Below are positions 29,969 to 40,235 of a DNA stretch of 64,000 bases, in pieces (position 1 is the first letter of the stretch; the number at the start of each line of letters is the position of its first letter). The stretch lies in IMG/VR virus record IMGVR_UViG_3300044631_002251; one strand, given 5' to 3'. The notes below the pieces were generated by a model that made no database searches, was not told the DNA's origin, and saw only the letters and a program-made list of their open reading frames with translations. Both the position numbers and the translations under genes were made by a program. The stretch comes from an uncultured virus (IMG/VR IMGVR_UViG_3300044631_002251). Lineage: Duplodnaviria; Heunggongvirae; Uroviricota; Caudoviricetes.

Positions 29969-32517
29969 ATTTTTTACAAGACATTAAAACTTATGATAAC
30001 GCCATGCTTCCCGGCGTTCGCTTGCCTCAAATCTCTATTGAAGGTAAATATTATGATTTACTGAAGATTCCTATTTCTTCCGATAATTTTACATTCCTTA
30101 AGACACTTTGTTATAGGAATTTAAATAATTTAGGATTAAACAATAATCAATATGTTGAGCGTATGGAGATGGAACTGGAAATCTTCAGAGAGCTTGATTT
30201 CGTTGATTATGTACTTCTCAACTGGGATATTCTTAATTACTGCCATGAAAATAATATTCCAACTGGTGCTGGTCGTGGTAGTGCTGCGGGTTCTTTGGTT
30301 TTGTTTATCGTGGGTGTTACGAAAGTTGATCCCATAAAATATGAACTATTCTTTGAGCGTTTCGTTAGCCGTTCTCGCGCTAAGAAGATTATCAAAGATG
30401 ATATTACCTATCTTGATGGTTCACTTCTTCCTGACGTAGATAACGATATTAGCTATGATAGACGCGCAGAAGTGATTAAGTATATTGAGCAGAAACATCT
30501 AGGCAAAACATCGAAGATCTTAACTCTCAATACTCTTTCTAGTAAGCTTTGTATTAAAGAGTGCGGAAAGATTGTTGGTGCTTTATCAGAAACAGATGTT
30601 AATGAAGTTAGCGACAATATTCCCAAACTGTTTGGACGGGTTTTTGATTTAGAAGAAGCGTATAAAGCTAATGATAAATTTAAAGCTTGGGTTGATCAAA
30701 ATAAATTCGTATTTGAAATAGCTAAGAAGATTGAAGGGTTGAATAAGAATACTGGTGTTCATCCTTCTGGTATTGCTATTTCTTATTATAAGATCGAAGA
30801 AGTTTGCCCAGTTCAAAAGACTTCTGATGGTGATTTAGTTAGCGGCTATGATATGAATTATGTAGCCGAACTAATGGTTAAGTTCGATGTTCTTGGCTTG
30901 AGAACTTTGACTGTAGTCAGCGAAGTTTGCAAGAGACTGAATATTGAAATGACTTCTATTGATCCAGAAGATCCTTTCATTTATGAAAGCTTTCAGAATC
31001 TTCGTACTCCACAAGGTCTATTCCAAATTGAAGCGGAAACCAACTTCAAGGTATGTCGTAAAGTTAAGCCCAAGTCTCTTGAACAGCTTAGTGCGGTAGT
31101 TGCTATTGCTCGTCCCGGCGCATTGGATTTCGCTGATCAGTATGCTACATATTCAGCTTCAGGAGTATTCCAGCTTGTTCACGATTTCTTTAAAGAAGAG
31201 CTTTCATATACTGGTGGCATTCCTCTTTATCAAGAGCAGTTGATGAAGATGGCTGTGCGTTTGGGATTCACTCTTGATGAGTCAGAGCAGTTGCGACGTA
31301 TCGTTGGTAAAAAGAAGGTGGATCAAATGCCAGCATGGCAAGGAAAGATTCGTCAGAAAGTATCCGAACAGAATCTTGATCCTGCGATTGGCGATGTATT
31401 GTGGAAAGTAGCTGAAGACTCAGCGAACTATTCGTTTAATAAATCTCACTCTATCTCTTATGCTATTTTGGCTGCATGGACTGCTTATCTAAAATTCAAG
31501 TATCCACATGAATTTTTCTTGGCATTGCTTCAGTTGTCTAAATATGAGCCTGATTCACATCAAGAAATTAACAAGATTTCAAAAGAGCTAGTATATTTTG
31601 ATATCAAACTTCTACCTCCTGATCTAGCAAAGTCTGCATTAGATTTTAAGATTGAAGATGGCAATATTCGTTTTGGATTAAATTCTATTAAAGGCGTTTC
31701 TGAAAAGACGTTGCAAGCGCTTCAAAGCTTTAGAGAGACAAACACTCCAACAAAATTCGATATTTTTATCGCCGCTAAACAAGCTGGTATTAATATTGGT
31801 CTACTTTCTTCTTTGATTCAAGCTGGAACTCTAAGTTCATATACTCATAGAAGATCACGCTTAGTTCTTGAAGCTCAAACTTTCAACATCTTAACTGATA
31901 AAGAAAAGAAATTCGCTTGCAGTGTTGGGCCTAAATATGATTACGATATTTTAACTATTGTAAGTGAATGCGCTTTTAAAGCACAATCTCTTAATGAGAA
32001 TGGTAAACCATTCATGAATGAAAAGCGTAAAATAACATTCAGAAAAAAGTACGATGAGTATAAAAAGATCTACGAGCAAAACAAGAATCATGAGAAGTTT
32101 GCTAATTGGGTCTTTGAAAATAGGCTCTTAGGTTACACTCCAACTATTCGACTAAAGACTATTTTTCAGCAATCTGAGTGTACGTTTACAGATACAATGG
32201 AATTTCAATCTGCTTTTAAAGAAGACAGAGTAAAGATGGTTGGAGTGATAGATGATGTTTATAAGGGCAAAACTAAAAAGTCTAATTCTACATTCTATAG
32301 ATTCCAATTGAAAGATGAAGTTGGCAGCGTAAGTGCGATGTTTTTAGATGGTGGAAAACACCAAAGATTAACAGAGTATCTTGAAGACGGTCTTAAAATT
32401 CCAGATAAGGAAAGTATTGTAGTTTTCACTGGCAGAAAGGGTGACGATGTGCTATGGATAGAGAACATCGGAATCTTGGACGACAAGATCTACATGAAGT
32501 TATCTGACATAGAATGA
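29965..32517 (+). CDS. dnaE: DNA polymerase III alpha catalytic subunit lacking PHP domain
   Basis: GRGSAAGS, PDVDND, HPSG, KFDVLGL, YQEQ, YSFNKSH, IKGV; C-terminal OB fold. Confidence 0.92.
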   Translation: MNFLQDIKTYDNAMLPGVRLPQISIEGKYYDLLKIPISSDNFTFLKTLCYRNLNNLGLNNNQYVERMEMELEIFRELDFVDYVLLNWDILNYCHENNIPTGAGRGSAAGSLVLFIVGVTKVDPIKYELFFERFVSRSRAKKIIKDDITYLDGSLLPDVDNDISYDRRAEVIKYIEQKHLGKTSKILTLNTLSSKLCIKECGKIVGALSETDVNEVSDNIPKLFGRVFDLEEAYKANDKFKAWVDQNKFVFEIAKKIEGLNKNTGVHPSGIAISYYKIEEVCPVQKTSDGDLVSGYDMNYVAELMVKFDVLGLRTLTVVSEVCKRLNIEMTSIDPEDPFIYESFQNLRTPQGLFQIEAETNFKVCRKVKPKSLEQLSAVVAIARPGALDFADQYATYSASGVFQLVHDFFKEELSYTGGIPLYQEQLMKMAVRLGFTLDESEQLRRIVGKKKVDQMPAWQGKIRQKVSEQNLDPAIGDVLWKVAEDSANYSFNKSHSISYAILAAWTAYLKFKYPHEFFLALLQLSKYEPDSHQEINKISKELVYFDIKLLPPDLAKSALDFKIEDGNIRFGLNSIKGVSEKTLQALQSFRETNTPTKFDIFIAAKQAGINIGLLSSLIQAGTLSSYTHRRSRLVLEAQTFNILTDKEKKFACSVGPKYDYDILTIVSECAFKAQSLNENGKPFMNEKRKITFRKKYDEYKKIYEQNKNHEKFANWVFENRLLGYTPTIRLKTIFQQSECTFTDTMEFQSAFKEDRVKMVGVIDDVYKGKTKKSNSTFYRFQLKDEVGSVSAMFLDGGKHQRLTEYLEDGLKIPDKESIVVFTGRKGDDVLWIENIGILDDKIYMKLSDIE

Positions 32518-34919
32518 AAAATTTAAATTTAACACCAAGAGCGCAAAAGCTAATCAAAGAAGCTTATAAAATAGCTGTAGATCTCAAACACACAGAGATC
32601 ACGCATCTTCATTTGTTTATAAGCTTTTTAAATCTTAAGCAAAGTCAGATAGAAGAAGCATTTGGAAATTTCGGTATAGATTCTTTAAAGATAAAGAATA
32701 GTGCCATAGCATTTCTAAAAGCTAATGTTCCAGCACAAAAGAAAGCTACGTTAAAGCCTTTATTATCTGAAGGTGTAACTAATGTTTTTAAATGCGCCAA
32801 AACTATATCTTCTAAATTCGATCATAAATACATCGGATTAGAACATGTATTTTTAAGTTTGTTTGAAGTTCCTAATCAGACTTTTGAACTTTACTTGATT
32901 GATTATAATTATGATTTTGTTAAAGTCGTGGACTATGTTGAGCAAAAACTAGAAGATGATGATATGTTGCCAAGTGTTGAGGAGGAAACAAACATTCCTA
33001 ATGAAGCGAAACAAACTTTTGATATAAAGAAGTATAAAGTTTTAAATACTTATGCTAATAATCTTAATATACAAGTTGTTAATGGTAAGATAAATAATCT
33101 GCATCTTAATAAAGAATTAATTCAAAAGATCTCAGAAGTCCTTTGTCGTAAAAATAAAAATAATCCACTTATTGTAGGTGAAGCCGGTGTTGGTAAAACT
33201 GCACTAGTTGAATCATTGGCTCAAGCCATCGTTAAAGGTGAAGCTTCTGATTTGCTTAGTTTAAAGCAGATTTACAGCTTAGATATTCCAATGATGATTG
33301 CTGGTTGCAAATTCCGTGGTGAGTTTGAAGAAAAAATTAAGAATCTATTAAAAGAAATTACAGATGATCCGTATATCGTTTTATTTATCGATGAAATTCA
33401 CACGATCATTGGTGCTGGAAATCCAGAAAATGGCAACGATGTTGCTAATATTCTAAAACCTTATTTAGCCAGAGGAGAAATTAGCTGCATTGGTGCTACC
33501 ACTTTTGACGAATACAAGAAGACTATATCTGATGACCCAGCTTTATCTAGGCGTTTTCAGATTATTAAAATTGAAGAACCCACAAAAGAACAAACCTTCA
33601 ATCTAATCAAGAATATTAAAGGCGGATATGAAAATTTTCATGTAATAGATTTCTCTGATGATGTTATTCATTTTATTATTAATAGTGCTGAAAAGTATAT
33701 TGAAGGAAGATTTCCTGATAAAGCTTTAGATATTATTGATCAAGTAGGAGCTAAAGTTAAATTGAAGAACTTTGTAAAGTCTCCTGAAATGCTTAAGATA
33801 GAAAAGAAACTTAGTAAATTTGTTGATTCTAATAAGCAAACGATAGAGAAGAAAAAGATTTCTTCTTTAGAAGAGCTATTGGTTGAGTATGAAGAGTCTA
33901 CAAAAAAGATGATTACTAATTGGCGTAATAATAGATATCAAGTTACAAACACCGATATTTTAGAGGTTGTCTCTGATAAGACTAATATTCCAATTGATGA
34001 TTTGAAATTACAAGACTTTGATAAAGTTAAGCTGCTTAAAATTAAGCTAAAAGAACAAGTATTTGGTCAAGATAATCAAATTGAACATATTTATAAATCT
34101 TTAATTAGAGCTAAAGCTGGTTTTCGCAATCCAAATAAACCTATTTGTTCAATGCTTTATGCTGGCCCAACAGGTGTCGGAAAGACTATGACTGCAAAAA
34201 TAATTGCAGAAACATTATTCATTAATAAGAATAATTTTATAACAATTGACATGTCTGAATACACAGACAAGACCGCCGTAAACAAACTGGTTGGATCTAG
34301 TCCCGGTTATATTGGATTTGATAAAGGTGGAGTATTAACTGAGAAGGTAAGAAAGAATCCATATTCTTTAATTCTTTTCGATGAAATTCAAAAAGCCGAT
34401 CAAGATGTTTTGTACTCTTTGTTACAAATCCTTGAAGAAGGAAAGATAACAGACTCTTCTGGAAAGATGGTTGACTTTTCTAATACAATGATTGTTATGA
34501 CTACTAATATTGGTGCTGAAGTCGTTAATCATTCAGCTATAGGATTTGGAAAGCAGAAAGCTGGCAAATCTGATGTGCTTTCTTCTATTAAGAAACATTT
34601 TCCACCTGATCTATTGAATCGTATTGATGAAGTAGTTATTTTTGATACTCTTGAGCAAGAACAAATTAAACTAATCATCGATAAAGAATTACAATTATTT
34701 AAGACAGATCTATCAGAGAGAAATGTTACAATAAAATATTCTTCAGAAATAACAAATTTCATTTTTGATAAAATACAATTCAATAACTTTGGCGCACGAC
34801 AAGTTATTAAAACTATTCAACGAGAACTGCAAACACAAGTTGCAGAAAAAATGCTTGATTCTGATAAAAAACTAAATTTGGAAATTTTAGTTAAAGATAA
34901 CAATATTTGTGTAATTTAA
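32514..34919 (+). CDS. clpC: ClpA/ClpC-type AAA+ chaperone
   Basis: Clp N-domain, GEAGVGKT, IDEIH, FPDKA, GPTGVGKT, DMSEY, PGYIG, IGF loop. Confidence 0.9.
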   Translation: MKNLNLTPRAQKLIKEAYKIAVDLKHTEITHLHLFISFLNLKQSQIEEAFGNFGIDSLKIKNSAIAFLKANVPAQKKATLKPLLSEGVTNVFKCAKTISSKFDHKYIGLEHVFLSLFEVPNQTFELYLIDYNYDFVKVVDYVEQKLEDDDMLPSVEEETNIPNEAKQTFDIKKYKVLNTYANNLNIQVVNGKINNLHLNKELIQKISEVLCRKNKNNPLIVGEAGVGKTALVESLAQAIVKGEASDLLSLKQIYSLDIPMMIAGCKFRGEFEEKIKNLLKEITDDPYIVLFIDEIHTIIGAGNPENGNDVANILKPYLARGEISCIGATTFDEYKKTISDDPALSRRFQIIKIEEPTKEQTFNLIKNIKGGYENFHVIDFSDDVIHFIINSAEKYIEGRFPDKALDIIDQVGAKVKLKNFVKSPEMLKIEKKLSKFVDSNKQTIEKKKISSLEELLVEYEESTKKMITNWRNNRYQVTNTDILEVVSDKTNIPIDDLKLQDFDKVKLLKIKLKEQVFGQDNQIEHIYKSLIRAKAGFRNPNKPICSMLYAGPTGVGKTMTAKIIAETLFINKNNFITIDMSEYTDKTAVNKLVGSSPGYIGFDKGGVLTEKVRKNPYSLILFDEIQKADQDVLYSLLQILEEGKITDSSGKMVDFSNTMIVMTTNIGAEVVNHSAIGFGKQKAGKSDVLSSIKKHFPPDLLNRIDEVVIFDTLEQEQIKLIIDKELQLFKTDLSERNVTIKYSSEITNFIFDKIQFNNFGARQVIKTIQRELQTQVAEKMLDSDKKLNLEILVKDNNICVI

Positions 34920-34924
34920 TTTAT

Positions 34925-35128
34925 ATGCCACTTCCTAAACCATCTAAGAAAGAAACAGAACAAGAATTCGTCAGCAGATGTGCTGGCGATGAAATGATGA
35001 ATAAGGAATTCAAAGACCAGAAACAAAGACTAGCTGTTTGTTATTCCCAATACAAGATTCGCCATAAAGCAAAAGGTGAAGTCAATTGGAATGACGTTCG
35101 CAAAGGCGACAGTTTAAACATTCTATAA
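34925..35128 (+). CDS. Small hypothetical protein
   Basis: MPLPKP...EFVSRC...QRLAVCYS; GTGTAA motif upstream. Confidence 0.65.
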   Translation: MPLPKPSKKETEQEFVSRCAGDEMMNKEFKDQKQRLAVCYSQYKIRHKAKGEVNWNDVRKGDSLNIL

Positions 35129-35131
35129 TAT

Positions 35132-36280
35132 ATGAACGATCACAATCCTATTTACGGTATGAATCCAAATCCTCCAGTTTCAAACGATACGTTTGATTTT
35201 GCGATGCCAGATATCCCTGAGCCTCCTCAATCAGAAAAGCCAGAACCAAAGGACAGAGATGCAGTTGGTTTTAAATTTGGCTTTATTGGTGCTGGTCAAG
35301 GTGGCGGCAAACTAGCTGAAACTTTCTCTCAAATTGGTTATGCTCGCGTTGGTGTAATTAATACGGCTGATCAAGATCTTGCCACCATCAACGTGCCAAA
35401 CAAGATGAAGTTTGGTGAGCAGCAAGGAGCGGGTAAGAATAGAGAGTTCGCTAAACAAGCTTTCTTAAATAGTAAAGAAGATGTCGTTGACTTTATTAAG
35501 TCTTCTGTCGGTACGGATATTGATCGTATTTTTGTAACAGTTGGCGCTGGTGGTGGAACTGGTGCTGGTGTTTGCTCCGAACTCGTCAAGACGGTTAAGG
35601 AGTATCAAAATACTGTAAAGGCAAGTTCTCCTTATGTTGGTCTAATTCTCGCTCTACCAAAGCTTTCTGAAGGTAAGAAAGTTAGCCAAAATGCTTACGA
35701 GACATTAAAGGAAGCTTGTGAGCTAGTAGAACAAAAGATTGTTTCTCCTCTTATTATTCTTGATAATGAAAGAATTAATACTCTTTATCCAAAGCTGTCT
35801 GTAAATAAGTTTTGGCAAGTAGCAAACGCTAATATTTGTTCTTTATTCCATTTGTTTAATAATATCATTACTAAGAATAGTCAATATAGTACATTCGATA
35901 CAAATGATTTTAGAACTGTTCTCGATTCTGGTATTATGGTTTTTGGTGCAGCTAACATTACTAATCATAGCAACGAAGCCGAGATCAGCAAAGCAGTGCG
36001 TGAAAATCTTAAGAGAAATGTCCTTTGCGGCGAGCTTGATCTTTCTACTGGTAGCACCGCTGCTGCTGTGGCTATTTGTGACGAAAAGACTTTAGATAGT
36101 ATTCCGCAAGAATATTTAGATAACGCTTTTAATCAACTGAATAGAACTTTGAAGACTAACAGCACTGTTCATCAAGGTGTTTACAAGGGAGTCAAAGAAG
36201 GTCTTTCTATCTTTACTGCGATTGGTGGTATTACAACTCCAAATGGTAAGCTAGAAGCTCTTCTAAAAGCTAGTCAATAA
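35132..36280 (+). CDS. Tubulin/FtsZ-family GTPase
   Basis: GAGQGGGK, INTADQDL, GAGKN, GGGTGAG signature, LDNE, T7-like FDTND. Confidence 0.9.
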   Translation: MNDHNPIYGMNPNPPVSNDTFDFAMPDIPEPPQSEKPEPKDRDAVGFKFGFIGAGQGGGKLAETFSQIGYARVGVINTADQDLATINVPNKMKFGEQQGAGKNREFAKQAFLNSKEDVVDFIKSSVGTDIDRIFVTVGAGGGTGAGVCSELVKTVKEYQNTVKASSPYVGLILALPKLSEGKKVSQNAYETLKEACELVEQKIVSPLIILDNERINTLYPKLSVNKFWQVANANICSLFHLFNNIITKNSQYSTFDTNDFRTVLDSGIMVFGAANITNHSNEAEISKAVRENLKRNVLCGELDLSTGSTAAAVAICDEKTLDSIPQEYLDNAFNQLNRTLKTNSTVHQGVYKGVKEGLSIFTAIGGITTPNGKLEALLKASQ

Positions 36281-36294
36281 GTGTAATTAAATAT

Positions 36295-36522
36295 ATGGCT
36301 AATAATCAAGACATAGAATTTTGTTATTTTAATACTGGCACAACCATCACTGCAACAAATGATAGAGATATTTATATCGTTTCTGCTTTAGCTTCATTTA
36401 GTGGAGATTTTGGAACTGTTACTGTAGGAGCGAATCAATCTTTGAATCCCGCTTATCCAATTAAAATTTCTAGTCCAGTTGTCAGCGGAACTGCTAGAAG
36501 TTTATTCTATTATTTCGAGTAA
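36295..36522 (+). CDS. Small hypothetical protein
   Basis: GTGTAA-N8-ATG start. Confidence 0.6.
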   Translation: MANNQDIEFCYFNTGTTITATNDRDIYIVSALASFSGDFGTVTVGANQSLNPAYPIKISSPVVSGTARSLFYYFE

Positions 36523-36566
36523 TTTCATTAGAAATATCGCAGGATACTAATAATATCCTGCGATAT

Positions 36567-37160
36567 ATGAATCTTCAGATCTATAAGCCAAACCCTAAGA
36601 ATCAGGGTTGCGCCATCAGTTTTCAAATTTCACAAAAGCCAAGCAGTGAACCACAGTTTTATGTAAACTGTATTGCTCAACACTCTTGGAATGATCAGAC
36701 TAAGACAGGCTCATTCGCTGAGAGTCGTAACAATCCTTCAAAGACTATAGCTATTAAGTTCAACGAGTTTGAACTTGGAGAAATGATCAACGCATTTCAG
36801 CAGAAGACTTCTTATTCAGCATTTCATTCTAGCGAGTCTAACAAGACTCAAATCAAGCTCGCTCCTTATGAAAAGACTAAGGGAACTGGTGAATACGCTG
36901 TCAAGTACACCGCTTTCGGTTTGTCGTTTACTCGAAACGGCGCAGACACTTTCAAGGTTCCACTAGAGCCGGGAGAAGCTGTTCGATTGATCGCTTTTAT
37001 CAATAAGTTTTATTCTGTTCTTGATGACTCACGCAAGCTTCCAGCAAAGAGTGAACAATCTGCTCCAACAGCAAAGCGAGAAACCGCTTCTCAAGAAGCC
37101 GCTCCAAAGCCTAAGAAGCCAGAACCAGTTGCTGCCGATTCCGAAGAAATGGATTTCTAA
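36567..37160 (+). CDS. Putative single-stranded DNA-binding protein
   Basis: Beta-rich core, disordered linker, acidic-aromatic tail (DSEEMDF). Confidence 0.45.
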   Translation: MNLQIYKPNPKNQGCAISFQISQKPSSEPQFYVNCIAQHSWNDQTKTGSFAESRNNPSKTIAIKFNEFELGEMINAFQQKTSYSAFHSSESNKTQIKLAPYEKTKGTGEYAVKYTAFGLSFTRNGADTFKVPLEPGEAVRLIAFINKFYSVLDDSRKLPAKSEQSAPTAKRETASQEAAPKPKKPEPVAADSEEMDF

Positions 37161-39055
37161 TGCGTAAAAAACGGGTTTTAATTCATAGCAATTTTTGCAA
37201 AATGTTTACCGGATTCGGTAAGCATAAAAAGAATTTATTATCTTATCTATATAAGACCGGCAAATACGATCTTATCGAATTAAGTAATGGATATACTTGG
37301 GAATCAGAACAATTAAAATTTGTTCCTTGGAAATCTTATGGCATGTTGCCAGATGATCCAGAGATTCATAAGGAAATTGCTATTGATGAAAGGCGTAAAA
37401 ATGCTGCTGGTTATGGCGCAGAAATGATTGATCATGCGGTAAAGGAATTAAAACCCGATATTTATTTAGGCATTGAAGATGTTTGGGCGTTCAACGGCTT
37501 TGTAGAAAAAGAATGGTGGAATAAAGTTCATTGTATTATTCACACCACTTTAGATAGCTTACCAATCCTTCCTGACGCTGTATCAATAGCTCCCAAAATA
37601 AATCATTATTTTGTATGGGCATCTTTTGCTGAAAAAGCTATGCACAAACTCGGACATACTCATGTAAAAACAGTACATGGTACACTAGACACAGATTCTT
37701 TTTATAGACTTAACGATGAAGATCGAAAAAAGATTCGCACACGTTTTAAATTAGATAAAGAATTCATTATTGGTTTTGTATTCAGAAATCAATTAAGAAA
37801 ATCAGTTCCTAATTTACTTGATGGATTTAAATTATTTCAGACAGCGAATCCAAATGCAAGTACCAAGCTGCTTCTGCACACATATTGGAATGAAGGTTGG
37901 GATATTCTTAAGTTATTGAAGGAGAAAGAAATTGATCCAAAAAATATATTAACAACTTATGTTTGTAAAAACTGCAATGGATATCATATTAAACCATTTG
38001 CAGCGCACGTTATAAACTGCGATTATTGTCGCGCTCAAAATAGCTGTGAAACAACTAATGTAAAAACTGGAGTAAATGAACAACAATTAAATGAAATATA
38101 TAATCTTATGGATGTATATTGTCATCCATTTACTTCCGGTGGACAAGAAATACCAATTCAGGAAGCTAAACTTACCGAATTGATAACACTTGTAACCAAT
38201 TATAGTTGCGGTGAAGATTGCTCTACTGAACAAAGTGGCGGCTTTCCTCTTGAATGGGCTGAATACAGAGAGCCGGGTACGCAATTTATTAAAGCTTCTA
38301 CTTTACCAACAAGTATTTTTTCTTATTTGCAATATGTATATAATTTACCATTAGAAAATAAAAAACTATTAGGCAAACAAGCTAGACAATTTGTTATAGA
38401 TAACTATAGCATTGAAGTTGTGGGCAAGTTTTTCGAAGATTTATTCGATAGTCTTCCTAAAGTAGAGTATGAATTTAAAAATAAAAAAGTAAAATGCAAT
38501 CCATTCTACAATGCAAATGAAAATTTAAAAGATAAAGAATGGGTAGAATCGTTATACGATAATATCTTAATGCGAAAAGATCCTGCTGGAGTGGTTCATT
38601 GGGTTCAAAGATTAAATACCGATCTTAAAAGAGCAGATGTATTAAATTATTTTAGAAAAGTAGCTTTAACAGAAAATCAAAATACATTTCTTAATGAAAT
38701 GCTTGAGTCTCTGAAGGATAACAACAACACTAAAAAAATCGCCTTTATTCAGCCAGAAGGTGCTGAAGAAGTAATTATATCCACATCCTTAGTTTCATCA
38801 ATTAAAAAATTATATCCAGAACATGATATTTATTTTTTCACGAAATCTGAGTATTTTGACATTATAAATTCTCATCCAGATATTAAGAAAGTTCTTAATT
38901 ACTTCGACAAAATGAATGATCCTTTGTTTTTTGAAGGAAAAGGATCTAGTACTAAATATTTTGATATAGTCTATGCTCCATATTTATCAGTAAATAATAA
39001 TTATTTTAGAAACGGCAAAGATAAGTTACAATACAACGTTTATGAATCTAACTGA
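37160..39055 (+). CDS. Multidomain glycosyltransferase (GT4-like with CxxC-CxxC insert)
   Basis: TGFG, RNQLRK, SGGQEIPIQEA; CKNC...CDYC; GT9-like C-terminal segment. Confidence 0.75.
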   Translation: MRKKRVLIHSNFCKMFTGFGKHKKNLLSYLYKTGKYDLIELSNGYTWESEQLKFVPWKSYGMLPDDPEIHKEIAIDERRKNAAGYGAEMIDHAVKELKPDIYLGIEDVWAFNGFVEKEWWNKVHCIIHTTLDSLPILPDAVSIAPKINHYFVWASFAEKAMHKLGHTHVKTVHGTLDTDSFYRLNDEDRKKIRTRFKLDKEFIIGFVFRNQLRKSVPNLLDGFKLFQTANPNASTKLLLHTYWNEGWDILKLLKEKEIDPKNILTTYVCKNCNGYHIKPFAAHVINCDYCRAQNSCETTNVKTGVNEQQLNEIYNLMDVYCHPFTSGGQEIPIQEAKLTELITLVTNYSCGEDCSTEQSGGFPLEWAEYREPGTQFIKASTLPTSIFSYLQYVYNLPLENKKLLGKQARQFVIDNYSIEVVGKFFEDLFDSLPKVEYEFKNKKVKCNPFYNANENLKDKEWVESLYDNILMRKDPAGVVHWVQRLNTDLKRADVLNYFRKVALTENQNTFLNEMLESLKDNNNTKKIAFIQPEGAEEVIISTSLVSSIKKLYPEHDIYFFTKSEYFDIINSHPDIKKVLNYFDKMNDPLFFEGKGSSTKYFDIVYAPYLSVNNNYFRNGKDKLQYNVYESN

Positions 39056-40235
39056 AAAAATGGCTTTGGATTGTGGAGTTAAGATTTCACAACCTTATCT
39101 TGATAGATATTTTCTTCCGATAAGAAACGATAATTATATAATAATTGACACGCGATGCAAAACCACAACTGGTGAATACGATTACTTTAACGATGTTCTT
39201 GATTTAGTAAAGCCATATTTAAAAGAAGCTGACATTGATATTTTTCAGATAGCTACTGATAAAAACGTAAAATTAGCTTGCGACAAATGTTTTATCACAA
39301 TCAACAAAAAACAAGAAAACTATTTAATATCCAAAGCTAGACTTTTAATTTCTAATGAGAATTATAGTTTGCACATAGCTTCAGTGTTTAATACAAAATC
39401 AATTGGCTTATATTCTTTATTTAATCCAATCAATACCAGACCAGTTTGGAATACGAATTCTCAAATCATCCTTGAATCACATAGAGATGGCAATCTTCCT
39501 TCTTATGGAAGATTAAATGAATCGCCAAAAACGATTAATTTTATTAGTCCATACGTTGTAGCAAAAAATATTTTAGATTCTCTTGGTATATCTAATGATC
39601 TTGAGCGTTTTGAATTGGTTCATTTGGGCAAGAGTTTTAATCAAAAAATTGTAGAAATTGTTCCTGATTTTGTTTCTGATGCGAATTTCATGAAAGACAG
39701 GTCAATAAATTTAAGACTTGATTATATTAAGAATCTAAATTCATCAGTTTTTAATTATTGGGTAGGCAACAGGAAAGTAAATATTATCACAGATAAAGAT
39801 ATAAATATAAACATGGTTGCTCCTTATAGAAATAATATTCTATTAATGACTATAATGTTATCTGAAAACATTTCTGAAAAATTTTTAAAACACTGTAAAT
39901 CTATAGGATTAAAATTAAAAATCTTCTGCGATGATAAAAATAAGCTAGAAGAATATAGATTCAAATTTTTAAATTGGGATGTTCATCAAGACTTTGAAAA
40001 TGAAGGAGCTTTAAATAAATTAACTAATCTTTCTAAGAATTCTAAGTTCATCAGTTCAAAGGTTTTAATTTCTAAAGGAAAACAATTTTCTTGCAAAGCT
40101 AATTATTTCGCAAATAAGCATCTTGACAATTCTGAAGAGTCTGTTATTCTGTCGAAAGAATTCGAACAAGAAATAGAATTCTTTAAAATTTACAATGAGC
40201 GAGAAGAATCCACTACTAGGGCCTCAGTCGCGTAA
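39042..40235 (+). CDS. Hypothetical protein with GT9-like N-terminal half
   Basis: LHIASVFNTKSIGLYS resembles the GT9 C-lobe. Confidence 0.45.
   Translation: MNLTEKMALDCGVKISQPYLDRYFLPIRNDNYIIIDTRCKTTTGEYDYFNDVLDLVKPYLKEADIDIFQIATDKNVKLACDKCFITINKKQENYLISKARLLISNENYSLHIASVFNTKSIGLYSLFNPINTRPVWNTNSQIILESHRDGNLPSYGRLNESPKTINFISPYVVAKNILDSLGISNDLERFELVHLGKSFNQKIVEIVPDFVSDANFMKDRSINLRLDYIKNLNSSVFNYWVGNRKVNIITDKDININMVAPYRNNILLMTIMLSENISEKFLKHCKSIGLKLKIFCDDKNKLEEYRFKFLNWDVHQDFENEGALNKLTNLSKNSKFISSKVLISKGKQFSCKANYFANKHLDNSEESVILSKEFEQEIEFFKIYNEREESTTRASVA

Noticed and set aside
18084..32517. Inteins or introns in nrdJ, recA, dnaB, dnaE
   Set aside because: No splice-junction motifs or excess length seen
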